Source: Acidimicrobiia bacterium (GTDB lineage Bacteria > Actinomycetota > Acidimicrobiia > Spongiisociales > JAENVV01). Taken from it: DNA of 46,758 bases. The notes below the pieces were generated by a model that was given only the letters and a program-made list of their open reading frames with translations, searched no databases and had not been told where the DNA came from. Numbering within the stretch: position 1 is the first letter of the stretch; the number at the start of each line of letters is the position of its first letter. The translations under genes and the position numbers were made by a program. Shown one piece after another: positions 17,999-27,414 of the stretch. The DNA is taken from assembly GCA_041577335.1 (NCBI GenBank), contig JBFGJH010000002.1, positions 80,389 through 127,146 on the forward strand. The letters run 5' to 3'.

Positions 17999-18945
17999 CG
18001 GTCGTGGTGATCGGCGACGCCAACGTCGATCTAGAAGTCCGATTGCCGGTCGGTTCTGGAGAGCTCGTCCTAGCCCACCCGGAGCCTCGTCTCTTCGGCG
18101 GTGGATCCGCCGCCAACACTGCTGCGGCCGTCGCCCGAATGGGAGTTCCGTGCCGATTCGTTGGTGCGATCGGGGACGACAGTTTCGGTCGGTTCGCTCT
18201 CATGACATTGGAGGCAGCCGGCGTGGACGTGACTTCGGTCACCATTGCCGACGACGAGCCGACGGTGACGGTGATTGTCGTCGTTCCTCCTGATGGGGAA
18301 CGGCTCATCTACGTTTGGCCCGCGACCGGTGGCGCCCACGGTTCGCTGGACGTGGACAGCGCAGTCGCTGCCGTCGTCGGCGCGGATTGGCTCCACGTGT
18401 CGGGCATTTGCCTGCGGTTGTCGCCTGCCAGAGAGGCAGTGTTGGCGGCGATGGATGAGGCGCAATCCAGAGGCATTCCGGTTTCGCTCGACTTGAACCT
18501 GCGGTTGGAGAATTGGGGCTGGCGGGAAGGATTTCGTGACGTCGTGCAGTCGGCGATCAGCCGTGCCGACGTCATCCTGGGTGGTGCCAGCGATGAGGTG
18601 GGAGCCCTCACGGACCATGGTGATCCCGTAGCTTCGGCGCTGGCGCTTGCGGGAACCGATCGGACCGTGGTGGCACGAATGGGAGCTGATGGATCGATCG
18701 CCTGCCGCGACGGCTCCACGACCGTCGTTCCGGCCTTTGCTGTCGAGGTCGTCGACACCGTGGGCGCCGGCGATGCGTTCAATGCCGGGTTTGTCTGCTC
18801 TCGGATCTCTGGTGGGTCGTTGCGTGAGGCAATGAGAATGGGGAGTGCGGTCGCGGCATGCACCATCTCGCGGGCGGGAGCGCGGTCGCACCCCACTCCG
18901 ACGGAGATCGACCGGTTGCTGGACGGCGGCGAGACATACGATTGA
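17995..18945 (+). CDS. PfkB/ribokinase-family carbohydrate kinase
   Basis: GGSAANTA, GAIGDDSFG and DTVGAGDAF. GTGA overlap with the upstream gene. Confidence 0.92.
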   Translation: MTVVVIGDANVDLEVRLPVGSGELVLAHPEPRLFGGGSAANTAAAVARMGVPCRFVGAIGDDSFGRFALMTLEAAGVDVTSVTIADDEPTVTVIVVVPPDGERLIYVWPATGGAHGSLDVDSAVAAVVGADWLHVSGICLRLSPAREAVLAAMDEAQSRGIPVSLDLNLRLENWGWREGFRDVVQSAISRADVILGGASDEVGALTDHGDPVASALALAGTDRTVVARMGADGSIACRDGSTTVVPAFAVEVVDTVGAGDAFNAGFVCSRISGGSLREAMRMGSAVAACTISRAGARSHPTPTEIDRLLDGGETYD

Positions 18946-19079
18946 GCGGGTCCTGACCATTGGGTCTACTCACTTCCTGAGCATGGGCTCCCCTCGGCCA
19001 GTCAGTCGTCGCCGCTCGTTTCGGTGTCTATGCGTCGGCTGAATGACAGAATACAGGCATGAATGCTAGATTCCTGGCT

Positions 19080-20075
19080 ATGAGTTCCTTGCGGGCCCTC
19101 CGCCGGAGGGCGGGTTTCACACAGGTCGAGTTGGCCCGGCGGGCCGGGGTGAGCCGGCAACTGGTCGGCGCTGTCGAGGCAGGGCGGCACCTTCCGCGAG
19201 TTGATGCGGCTCTCGCCCTCGCCGGGGCGCTCGATGTCGATGTTGCCGACCTCTTCTTGGCGTCCGGCGGCTCCGTGGATGTCGTCTCGGGCGATGCTCC
19301 GCGCGAGGGGGCACTCGTCCGACTGGGGACGGTCGGCAGCCTCACCGTCACGGCCGCAACGCGCATCGGCGCTGAGGGATGGGATGTCGCCGACGGGACG
19401 ATCGAAGACGGAGAAGTCGTGGCCTTCTCTCGGCAGAGCCCAGGCGTCGTGGTAGCCGGTTGTGAACCGGGTCTCGAAGTGCTGGAACGCCTATTGCGCC
19501 AGCGAGGTATGTCTGCGCTGGCGGTATCGGCATCGAGCGGTGCAGCCATCGAGGCATTGGTTGCCGGACGCGTCCATGCCGCTGTGGTCCACGGAATCGA
19601 ACCTTCGGAATACCAGGTGCCGGCAAGCCTCGCCGTGACGCGCTATCACCTCAGCAGATGGCGCGTCGGACTGGCCGGCCCCCCGGGAGCGGCTCGTCAG
19701 TGGTGGACAGACGCCATGGCAGGCCGGGTTTCGGTCGTGCAACGCGAATCGTCTGCGGGCGTTCAAAGAGCCTTCGAATCGGCCGTCGGGCGGAGCGACG
19801 TCGACGGTCCCCGGGTCGCAACGCACCTCGAGGCGGCTCGGCGAGGTTCGCACGGTGGACTACCGGCCGTGACGATCGAGCCGGCCGCGCTCGCCGTCGG
19901 CGCCCCGTTTCATGCCCTCGAGACTCACGACGCCGAACTGTGGGTCGCAGGCCAATGGGCGGCCGACCAAGCAATTGTCGAAGCACTCACGATGATCGAC
20001 GGCCCCAGCTTCAGAAAGAGATTGCAGGCCGTCGGGGGCTATGACCTCTCAGACAGCGGAAAACGACTCGAATGA
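19080..20075 (+). CDS. XRE-type HTH + periplasmic-binding-fold (molybdate-responsive) transcriptional regulator
   Basis: HTH TQVELARRAGVSRQLVGAVEAG and C-terminal GYDLSDSG. Probably starts at ATG 19080 after ATGACA-N18-TAGATT; ATG 19059 is the alternative. Confidence 0.8.
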   Translation: MSSLRALRRRAGFTQVELARRAGVSRQLVGAVEAGRHLPRVDAALALAGALDVDVADLFLASGGSVDVVSGDAPREGALVRLGTVGSLTVTAATRIGAEGWDVADGTIEDGEVVAFSRQSPGVVVAGCEPGLEVLERLLRQRGMSALAVSASSGAAIEALVAGRVHAAVVHGIEPSEYQVPASLAVTRYHLSRWRVGLAGPPGAARQWWTDAMAGRVSVVQRESSAGVQRAFESAVGRSDVDGPRVATHLEAARRGSHGGLPAVTIEPAALAVGAPFHALETHDAELWVAGQWAADQAIVEALTMIDGPSFRKRLQAVGGYDLSDSGKRLE

Positions 20076-20815
20076 ACCGACTGTTGGTCAGCGTTGCCAT
20101 AGGCGGCCTCATGGCGCTGACGGCTTGCGGCGAGGAGGCGACCACTTCAACCATCTTCGTGTCCGCAGCAGCCTCGCTCGCCGACGCGTTTGCGGAGATG
20201 GAAGAGGGATTCGAAGCAGAGAATCCGGGCGTCGACGTTGTCGTGAATCTCGCAGGCAGCGCGACACTTCGCGAGCAGATCCTCGACGGGGCACCAGTCG
20301 ATGTATTTGCTGCGGCCAACGGATCGACCATGGCGGAGGTGGTCGCCGCCGACCGGGCGGCGAGTGCTCCGGTCGTGTTTGCCAGAAACCGGCTGCAGAT
20401 TGCGGTCCCGCTGGGAAATCCCGGAGCAGTGACGGGGCTCCCGGACTTTGCCAATGACAGATTGCTGATTGGCTTGTGTGCCGAAGGTGTGCCATGTGGC
20501 GACCTGGCCCGCCAGGCGCTCCAGGCAGCGGGAATCGAGCCGTCGCTCGATACGAACGAGACCGATGTGCGGGCACTCCTCGCGAAGCTCGAAGAAGGCG
20601 AGATCGATGCCGGCATTGTCTACGTTTCAGACGTGACCGCAGCCGGGGGAGCGGTCGAGGCGATTGACTTCAGTGAGGCGTCCGAATTCGTCGCCGAGTA
20701 CCCCATTGTGGTCGTGGAGAGCGCCCCGAATCCGGAAGGCGCGGTCGAATTCATGGACTTCGTACTGTCCGAGGAAGGTCAACGAATCTTGGCTGAGAAC
20801 GGATTCCAGCAGTGA
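20072..20815 (+). CDS. modA: Molybdate ABC transporter substrate-binding lipoprotein
   Basis: Lipobox LTAC, AAASL, GSATLREQI, FARNRL, VPCG and DAGIVYVSD. Confidence 0.93.
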   Translation: MNRLLVSVAIGGLMALTACGEEATTSTIFVSAAASLADAFAEMEEGFEAENPGVDVVVNLAGSATLREQILDGAPVDVFAAANGSTMAEVVAADRAASAPVVFARNRLQIAVPLGNPGAVTGLPDFANDRLLIGLCAEGVPCGDLARQALQAAGIEPSLDTNETDVRALLAKLEEGEIDAGIVYVSDVTAAGGAVEAIDFSEASEFVAEYPIVVVESAPNPEGAVEFMDFVLSEEGQRILAENGFQQ

Positions 20816-21615
20816 CTACCAGACGACGCCGAGTCTCTCGACGGCCACCTGCGGCGGTGATGCTCCTGGCGGCGGCCGGGCTGGCAGTGTTCGTCCTACC
20901 GCTGATCGGGCTGTTGACCCGAGCGCCGTGGGGCGACCTGGCGACTGTCCTGGCCGGGGACACCGTCGTGGACGCGTTGCGCCTGTCGCTCATCTCTTCG
21001 GTGGGCGCCACCGCCGTTTCCACACTCTTGGGTGTCCCGCTGGCGTGGGTGTTGGCCCGGGTTGAGTTCCGCGGCAAATCGGTGGTGCGCGGATTGGTCT
21101 TGCTGCCGCTCGTCATCCCTCCGGTGGTCGGTGGGGCGGCCCTGCTCTTTGCTCTGGGGCGGAGAGGCGTGATTGGCGGAGCGCTCTATGAATCGACTGG
21201 GTTGTTGCTCCCGTTCTCGACCTGGGGCGTCGTCGTGGCCGTGACTTTCGTGGCGATGCCGTTCCTCGTCATCACAGTCGAGGGCGCGCTCCGCAACCTC
21301 GATCCGCGCTTCGAAGCAGCGGCTGCCTCGCTCGGCGCGGGCCGCTGGACCGTGATGCGCCGAGTCACGTTTCCGATGATCGCTCCGTCGCTCGTCTCGG
21401 GACTCGTCCTCACCTGGGCGCGAGCGCTCGGCGAATTCGGCGCCACGGTGACGTTTGCCGGCAACCTGCCCGGCAGAACGCAGACTCTTCCTCTGGCGGT
21501 GTTCGTCGGCCTCGAGTCCGATCGAGACGCGGCGGTCGCCCTCAGCCTCGTCATGGTGGCGATCGCATTGGTCGTCCTGGTGGCACTCCGAGATCGATGG
21601 TGGCGGGCATTGTGA
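20812..21615 (+). CDS. modB: Molybdate ABC transporter permease
   Basis: LPLVIPPVVGG, EAA loop and WARALGEFGAT. Confidence 0.93.
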   Translation: MTTRRRRVSRRPPAAVMLLAAAGLAVFVLPLIGLLTRAPWGDLATVLAGDTVVDALRLSLISSVGATAVSTLLGVPLAWVLARVEFRGKSVVRGLVLLPLVIPPVVGGAALLFALGRRGVIGGALYESTGLLLPFSTWGVVVAVTFVAMPFLVITVEGALRNLDPRFEAAAASLGAGRWTVMRRVTFPMIAPSLVSGLVLTWARALGEFGATVTFAGNLPGRTQTLPLAVFVGLESDRDAAVALSLVMVAIALVVLVALRDRWWRAL

Positions 21616-22673
21616 GTGGCCGACTCGAGGCTCACCTGGTGGTGTGGCGATCGGACGCGTTCTCGCTCGACGTCACCCTGTCGATCGCTCCCGGCCAGAC
21701 GGTTGCGCTCCTGGGCCCCAACGGGGCAGGCAAGTCCACGGCGGTCAGCGCCCTCGCCGGCATCCTCCCTCTGGACGGCGGGCGAATCGAGCTCGATGGT
21801 CACGTGCTCGATGATCCGGGGGAGGGCCGGTTCGTGCCCCCGGATCAGAGGAGCGTCGGTGTTGTCTTCCAGGACTACGTGCTGTTTCCCCATCTCACCG
21901 TGGCGGACAACGTGGCCTTTGGCCTACGCAGCCGCGGTCTCAGCCGTTCGCGAGCCCTTGCCGAAGCTCACGATGTGTTGGAGCAGCTTGGTGTGAAGGA
22001 CCTGGGCGGGCGCAAGCCACGGCAGATCTCGGGCGGCGAGGCACAACGGGTTGCACTTGGCAGGGCCCTCGCAACCGAGCCAAGGCTGCTGCTTCTCGAT
22101 GAGCCTCTCTCGGCTCTTGACGCGACGACGAGGGCCGAGTTGCGGCGGGTCCTCGCCGATAGCTTGTCCCGATTCGACAGGCCTCGCCTCCTCATCACCC
22201 ATGACCCCACCGAGGCGTTCCTGCTCGCCGACGAGATCTACGTCGTCGAGAACGGCAGCGTCACGCAGTCGGGGACTGCTGAGGACATTCGGCTTCGACC
22301 CCGGACCTCGTACGTGGCGGACTTGGCGGGTGTGAACCTCGTCGAGGGGGTGGCCAGCGCCGGCCGTGTGAGAGTTGGCGGTCACGAGTTGAGAGTTGGT
22401 GACACTCACGCAACCGGACCGGTTTTGGCCACGATCCACCCACGGGCGATCTCGCTCCATCGACAGGAGCCGGAGGGAAGTCCTCGTAACGCATGGCCGA
22501 CTCGGGTTCGCGTCCTCGAGCATTACGGTGATCGGGTTCGGGTGCTGACCGAAGGACCGCTGCCGTTGATCGCCGAGGTCACACCGGCCGCAGAGTCAGC
22601 GCTCGATCTTGCCGTTGGGTCGGCCGTCTGGGTGTCGATCAAAGCCACCGAGATCGGCGTCGAGGCGCGATGA
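21612..22673 (+). CDS. modC: Molybdate ABC transporter ATP-binding protein with TOBE domain
   Basis: GPNGAGKS, ISGGEAQR, LLLDEP and C-terminal IKATEI. GTG 21612 overlaps the modB stop. Confidence 0.9.
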   Translation: MSGRLEAHLVVWRSDAFSLDVTLSIAPGQTVALLGPNGAGKSTAVSALAGILPLDGGRIELDGHVLDDPGEGRFVPPDQRSVGVVFQDYVLFPHLTVADNVAFGLRSRGLSRSRALAEAHDVLEQLGVKDLGGRKPRQISGGEAQRVALGRALATEPRLLLLDEPLSALDATTRAELRRVLADSLSRFDRPRLLITHDPTEAFLLADEIYVVENGSVTQSGTAEDIRLRPRTSYVADLAGVNLVEGVASAGRVRVGGHELRVGDTHATGPVLATIHPRAISLHRQEPEGSPRNAWPTRVRVLEHYGDRVRVLTEGPLPLIAEVTPAAESALDLAVGSAVWVSIKATEIGVEAR

Positions 22674-22715
22674 CGCCTTCTTCGGGATTGGGCGGGCTGG
22701 CCGCCAGGCGCGCGG

Positions 22716-23480
22716 TCAGGCGCGGCGGGGGATGAGGTCTCGTACTGCCGCGGGGTCCAAGCCGAATGGCAGTTCGAGCCGGTGACGCTCGAGGAGCCGG
22801 GTGTCCGTGAGAATGTCGACAGTTGGGCCGTCGGCAACCACCGCTCCGCCATCGAGAATCACAGACCGTTCGCATAACTCCAGGGCCAGCGGTAGGTCGT
22901 GCGTGATGATGATCTGCGTGATCGCCAGCTCGCGGAGCAGATTGAGCAGTTCCCGGCGGGCGGCGGGGTCAAGACCGGAAGAAGGCTCGTCAAGGACGAG
23001 AAGGTCGGGTCGCATCGCAAGCACGGTGGCCAGAGCGGCTCGCCGCCGCTCGCCACCACTGAGATGGTGCGGTGGTCGACTCTTCAGCTCAGAAGCGGTG
23101 ACGGCGGCAAGCGCCTCGTCGACCCGGGCGCCGAGGTCGGCGCCTCGCAGCCCGAGATTGGCAGGGCCGAAAGCGACATCCTCACCCACGGTGGGCATGA
23201 AGAGCTGATCGTCGGTGTCCTGGAAAACGAGGCCGACCCGGCGCCGTATCTCGCTGAGGTTGTCCTCGGACAACAACAGATCTCCGATGGTGATGGTGCC
23301 CCCGGCGGCCTCCTTGATCCCGTTGAGGTGGAGCGCCAACGTCGTCTTGCCTGCGCCGTTCGGCCCGAGCAAGGCTACGCGTTCGCCGCTCTCGATGCGG
23401 AGGTCGACACCTGCCAGGGCCTGGAGGCCATCCGGATAGGCGAACTGCAATCCCTGAATGTGGAGTGCCGGTGTCGTCAC
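22716..23480 (-). CDS. cbiO: ECF Co/Ni transporter ATPase (CbiO/NikO)
   Basis: GPNGAGKT, FQDTDDQLF, DVAFGP and LSGGE. GTGA overlap with cbiQ. Confidence 0.9.
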   Translation of the reverse strand: MTTPALHIQGLQFAYPDGLQALAGVDLRIESGERVALLGPNGAGKTTLALHLNGIKEAAGGTITIGDLLLSEDNLSEIRRRVGLVFQDTDDQLFMPTVGEDVAFGPANLGLRGADLGARVDEALAAVTASELKSRPPHHLSGGERRRAALATVLAMRPDLLVLDEPSSGLDPAARRELLNLLRELAITQIIITHDLPLALELCERSVILDGGAVVADGPTVDILTDTRLLERHRLELPFGLDPAAVRDLIPRRA

Positions 23481-24241
23481 GTCAACACACCTGCGGCCAG
23501 TGCGACAACGATCCCAAAGGCGGGGAGGGCAGCGGCGATGGCCCAATCGCGCCCGGTAGCGTGCCGGTGGCCCAGATCGGGCATTGCCCCCGTATACCCG
23601 CGGGCGAGCATGGCGTCGTACACCCGCTCGCCCCGCTCATACGAGCGAATGAACAGAGCGCCCGCGGAGGCGGCGATCGGCTTGGCCTGCCAAAGCCAAC
23701 GAGGGTCGTAACCGCGCGCCGTCATCGCGACTCGCATGCGCCCGAGCTCACCGGCGATCACTTCGAGATACCTGATCATGAACGTGGCAATCGAGACCAG
23801 TACCGCTGGGACCTTGAGCCGACCCATGCCACGTACGATGTCGGGAATCTCGGTGGTCGCAGCCAGCAGAATGCTGATGGTGGCGCCGATCGATGCTTTG
23901 GCGATGATGTTCCACATGGACCACAGACCTTCCACGGACAGCGACATACCGAGGACCTCTGTCTGCTCGCCGGATCCGATGAAAGGAATGAACAGCGCAA
24001 ACAGGATGAACGGGACAATGACCAGAAGTCGGCCGGCCACAAACCTCAATCGCACTCTGGCGAGCCGGACGAGGAAGAGGAGCGCAGTGCCGAACGCAAC
24101 GAACGCCCAGATTGCCTGGGGCGGGGAGAGCGCAACAGCGATGACGAACAGGAAGGCGGCCGCCAGCTTGGCTTCCGGTGCCAAGTGGTGAAGAAGCGTG
24201 TGCTCGTGGACGTACAGCGCATGTGCGTGCCCAGCTCCCAC
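23477..24241 (-). CDS. cbiQ: ECF Co/Ni transporter T component (CbiQ/NikQ)
   Basis: Starts VGAGHAHALY (GTG 24241). Contains FMIRYL, AMTARG and LFIRSYERGERVYDAMLARGY. Confidence 0.9.
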   Translation of the reverse strand: MGAGHAHALYVHEHTLLHHLAPEAKLAAAFLFVIAVALSPPQAIWAFVAFGTALLFLVRLARVRLRFVAGRLLVIVPFILFALFIPFIGSGEQTEVLGMSLSVEGLWSMWNIIAKASIGATISILLAATTEIPDIVRGMGRLKVPAVLVSIATFMIRYLEVIAGELGRMRVAMTARGYDPRWLWQAKPIAASAGALFIRSYERGERVYDAMLARGYTGAMPDLGHRHATGRDWAIAAALPAFGIVVALAAGVLT

Positions 24242-24243
24242 GC

Positions 24244-25236
24244 CTATGCACCACTCGGTTGCTTGCGGCGCGGGCGCTGGCTCCGGACGGCAGTGAACAA
24301 GCCGAAGCCCACGAGCAGAGTGATGAGCACGCCGGCTGCGCCGGCGATGGCAAGGCTGAGCGTTTCGTTGCCAATCCCGCTCGTGGCATAGTCGGCGAAC
24401 ACGAAGCCATCGAGTGTGTGGTCTTGAGCGCTGGCGGCAAAGCCGGTGTCGGCTGCGACGCGCTCGAGCCCATCGGGGCTGTCGGCGGCGAACTGGCTCA
24501 CCACGGTGCCGAGCACCAGCGCCACCAAGATTCCCGAGATCATGAGAGTTCGGGCGCGGATCGGCGTGCGGTCGCGCATCTGGGCGCGGTCGAGATCTCG
24601 CGCTCCGTAGACGAGGTCCGGACGGGCAACGAGAATGGCGCCGATAGCCAAACCGCTGATCACTCCCTCTCCGATGCCAATGAAGAGATGGACCCCCACC
24701 ATTGCACCCAAGACGGTGTCGAACGGTATCGGCGCGGTTGCTCCGAAGAGCCATTCGAGCGAGAACGCCATTGAAGACAGAATCACCGACCCTCCGCCGG
24801 CCAGCCCCGTTGCGGCGACGACGCCCGCTGCCGTGTTCGGGAGGATGCGACGGAAAAGGCGATACAGCGCCCAGCCGCCAAACGCAGTGACGATGGCCAT
24901 GTTCAACACGTTGTACCCGAGAGCGGTGAGGCCCCCGTCGGCGAAGGCCAACGCCTGAACCACAACCACGATCGATACGACGATCGCCCCGACCGAGGGG
25001 CCGAGCAGAATCGCCGCCAGAGCGCCGCCGAGCAGATGTCCGGTGGTTCCGGCAGCAACGGGAAAGTTGAACATCTGGGCAGCGAAGACGAATGCTGCGA
25101 CGATGCCGGCCAGCGGAACCTGCTTCTCCTTGAGAGTTGCTTTCGACTGACGGACGGCCGTGCCGATCACTCCGAGGCTCACGGCGCCGGTGGCCACGGC
25201 TGTGCCTGCGTTCAAGAATCCGTCGGGGGCGTGCAC
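24244..25236 (-). CDS. cbiM: ECF Co/Ni transporter S component fused to PDGLE domain (CbiMN/NikMN)
   Basis: N-terminal MHAPDGF, AQMFNFP, GHLLGG, FADGG and PDGLE. Confidence 0.92.
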   Translation of the reverse strand: MHAPDGFLNAGTAVATGAVSLGVIGTAVRQSKATLKEKQVPLAGIVAAFVFAAQMFNFPVAAGTTGHLLGGALAAILLGPSVGAIVVSIVVVVQALAFADGGLTALGYNVLNMAIVTAFGGWALYRLFRRILPNTAAGVVAATGLAGGGSVILSSMAFSLEWLFGATAPIPFDTVLGAMVGVHLFIGIGEGVISGLAIGAILVARPDLVYGARDLDRAQMRDRTPIRARTLMISGILVALVLGTVVSQFAADSPDGLERVAADTGFAASAQDHTLDGFVFADYATSGIGNETLSLAIAGAAGVLITLLVGFGLFTAVRSQRPRRKQPSGA

Positions 25237-25258
25237 CAGTGCTCTTTTCAGAGAGTCC

Positions 25259-25294
25259 AGTTGCGATCGTATCGCAACTGCGAATTATTCGCAA
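25259..25294. promoter_or_regulatory. Tandem Fur-family operators of Nur-box type
   Basis: TTGCGA-N5-TCGCAA (25261-25277, within a perfect 9-3-9 palindrome) abuts CTGCGA-N5-TCGCAA (25278-25294), between the divergent cbiM and Fur-family genes. Confidence 0.8.
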
Positions 25295-25325
25295 AAGATT
25301 GTGGGAGTGCCGTACCATGGCACCC

Positions 25326-25775
25326 ATGGACGCCGACCAGGACCTTGCCGCGATTTTGCGAGACAGCGGTAATCGCATGACCGGGCCGCGCCGACGGGTC
25401 TGGGAGGTCGTGAGGCTGGCGGACCGTCATCTCACCGCCGAAGAGATCGCAGCCAAGGTGCATGCCAATGACCCCACCGTCAACCTCGCTTCGGTGTACC
25501 GGGCTTTGGCGCTGTTCTCCGACCTCGAGTTGGTGAGGGAATCGAACCTCGGAGACGGCGACGCCGCTCGCTGGGAGCTAGCTCATCCCGACGAGCACTT
25601 CCATCTCGTCTGCCGGCGCTGCGGAGCGGTTGATCATCATGTCGGGCGCCTCGTCGAGGAGATCCGTGAACACCTTGCAGGTGGGCACCAATTCCACGCC
25701 GAAAACGTCGAGCTGGTGGTGACCGGTCTGTGCCGGCGCTGTGCGGCGAAATCCGGGCAGCCGATCACTCACTGA
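25326..25775 (+). CDS. Fur-family metalloregulator (probably Nur-like)
   Basis: RMTGPR, HLTAEEI, VNLASVYRAL, HFHLVCRRCG and GLCRRC. Leaderless-type TACCAT-N7-ATG start. Confidence 0.9.
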   Translation: MDADQDLAAILRDSGNRMTGPRRRVWEVVRLADRHLTAEEIAAKVHANDPTVNLASVYRALALFSDLELVRESNLGDGDAARWELAHPDEHFHLVCRRCGAVDHHVGRLVEEIREHLAGGHQFHAENVELVVTGLCRRCAAKSGQPITH

Positions 25776-26015
25776 GTGAGTGGCCTCGGCATGCGGGCGG
25801 GCCCAGAAGAGCCGACTCCCAGTCGGCACCCCCCACGAGCCACTCAAACAAATCCCCATACCGGCTGAGAGTCAGTTGCCGAGTTCTTCCTGACGCGCGG
25901 CCACCACGTATTCGGCCCGCACGGTCGCCTCACTCAACCGGGTGTGAACGGCGTGCCGACATGCGGATGACAGAAGCCAGTGAAGAAATGCGGTACCTCT
26001 CCACCCAACCGGATC

Positions 26016-26549
26016 TCACTGGAGGGACTCCCCGGAGGGAGTGACCACGAACCAGACGTCGTTGATGCCTTGTCCGTTGGTGTCGCCGGGAGCGGCGTCG
26101 GCGGCGAAGTAATAGAGGGGCCAGCCGTTGTAGGTGACGTGTTCGGCACCGTCGGTTCGGGTAGTTGTTCCGATGAGGGTTGCGTCGACTCCGTCTCCAG
26201 CGGCGATGTCGTCGATGAGCGGTGGCCAGTTGTCGGCGCATTGGTCGTAGCAGGTGCTGTCGCCCTGGGCGTCGGGCAGGAAGAGGTACAGGGTCTTGCC
26301 CTCGCTGTCGGCCAGGATGTCGCCGAGGGGCGACGCGGCAACCGCGATGGTGGCGCTCGACGGGGAGGTTTCGGCCGGGGCTGTCTCCGCGGGAGCCGTG
26401 GTTGCCGGCGGAGCAGTCGTTGCGGGGGGTGGCTCCGTTGCCGGGGCAGCCGTCGTGGCGGGCGCAGGCGTGGTCGATGTGCTGGAAGTACTTCCGCAGG
26501 CGGCCGCGACGAGTGCCAGGGCTGCGGCGAGAGCGAAGATCCGTTTCAT
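26016..26549 (-). CDS. COG4315 lipoprotein (two Yx(FWY)xxD repeats) with Thr/Ala/Pro-rich linker
   Basis: Lipobox AAAC, GKTLYLFLPD, CYDQCADNWPP and GWPLYYFAAD...GINDVW. Confidence 0.88.
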   Translation of the reverse strand: MKRIFALAAALALVAAACGSTSSTSTTPAPATTAAPATEPPPATTAPPATTAPAETAPAETSPSSATIAVAASPLGDILADSEGKTLYLFLPDAQGDSTCYDQCADNWPPLIDDIAAGDGVDATLIGTTTRTDGAEHVTYNGWPLYYFAADAAPGDTNGQGINDVWFVVTPSGESLQ

Positions 26550-26603
26550 GAGGTCTCCCGGTGGGTCAGATGCCGGATCCGTGATGATCCGTTCGACCTT
26601 CAA

Positions 26604-26628
26604 TACGGACGGCGGCCGGAAATGGTTC
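26604..26628 (-). promoter_or_regulatory. Putative ECF sigma promoter GAACC-N16-CGTA
   Basis: On the minus strand, GAACC is at 26628-26624 and CGTA at 26607-26604, about 55 bp upstream of the lipoprotein start. Confidence 0.5.
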
Positions 26629-26661
26629 GGCGGAGGCAGCGGCGGTCGTTCGAATGGCGGA

Positions 26662-27414
26662 CTATTCCCAGCGGAAGGTCAACCATGCTCCGGCGGCGCT
26701 GGCTGCGCCGATCCCGAGGGTGATCAAGACCTCCGTGGTTGCCCAACCACCCGTCAACCAGGGCTCCTGCAACATCTCGACGATCGGGGTGAGCGGCAAC
26801 CAATCGCCGATTGCCTTGAGGGAATCCGGAAGAACCTCCGGTGGTGGCCCGGCCCCGGAGAGAAACATGAACACAAACCACAGCAGAAGCCCGACCGACT
26901 GAGCTGCCCTGGCCGTTGGCAGAACGGTTCCGAGGAACAGCCCGAGGAGGGCTATGGCGAGGGCTCCGACGCCATAGGCCGCCACGAATTCCCAGGTGGC
27001 CAGGGGAGAGGACACATCGGTGAACAGAAAGGCGGCCGCGAGAAGGAGTGCCGCGCCCGCTGTGGCGATGAGGAGTGAGACCAAAAGCTGGGCACCAAGC
27101 ACAACCCGCTGTTGGACCGCCGAGGCGCGCAGCCGGCGCAGGACGCCGGACTCCCGGTACTCCACCATATGAGTGGGAACACCGATCAGAGCGATTCCAG
27201 CTACCGCCAGCGCCACATACGCCGGCGTATAGAAGTCTGTGGGGCCGAAGCCTCCGTACACCAACTCGGCGCCGCCGGCATCTGCTTCGTTGCCGAATAC
27301 GCCCCCCAGCACGTACAGAATCATGAGGGGAAGCGCCAGCGTGAAGATAACCGTCACCGGCTCGCGCAGGAACAGCTTGACCTCGACCCAGGTCATCTTG
27401 ACGAGTACCCTCAT
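26662..27414 (-). CDS. ABC-2 type exporter permease
   Basis: EVKLFLREP, EYRESGVLRRLRAS and FLSGAGPP, with about 6 TM helices. Confidence 0.9.
   Translation of the reverse strand: MRVLVKMTWVEVKLFLREPVTVIFTLALPLMILYVLGGVFGNEADAGGAELVYGGFGPTDFYTPAYVALAVAGIALIGVPTHMVEYRESGVLRRLRASAVQQRVVLGAQLLVSLLIATAGAALLLAAAFLFTDVSSPLATWEFVAAYGVGALAIALLGLFLGTVLPTARAAQSVGLLLWFVFMFLSGAGPPPEVLPDSLKAIGDWLPLTPIVEMLQEPWLTGGWATTEVLITLGIGAASAAGAWLTFRWE

Noticed and set aside
18960..19045. Moco/Wco riboswitch upstream of modABC
   Set aside because: No recognisable conserved Moco elements are present. The promoter appears to lie downstream of this stretch, and a protein regulator is present.
24242..25378. 380-aa N-terminal extension of CbiQ in the ORF track
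   Set aside because: It is an Arg-rich off-frame overlap with cbiM. The real start is GTG 24241.
26340..26480. Short tandem repeats encoding PATTA/PAET
   Set aside because: This is an ordinary low-complexity lipoprotein linker, not a CRISPR array or a mobile repeat.
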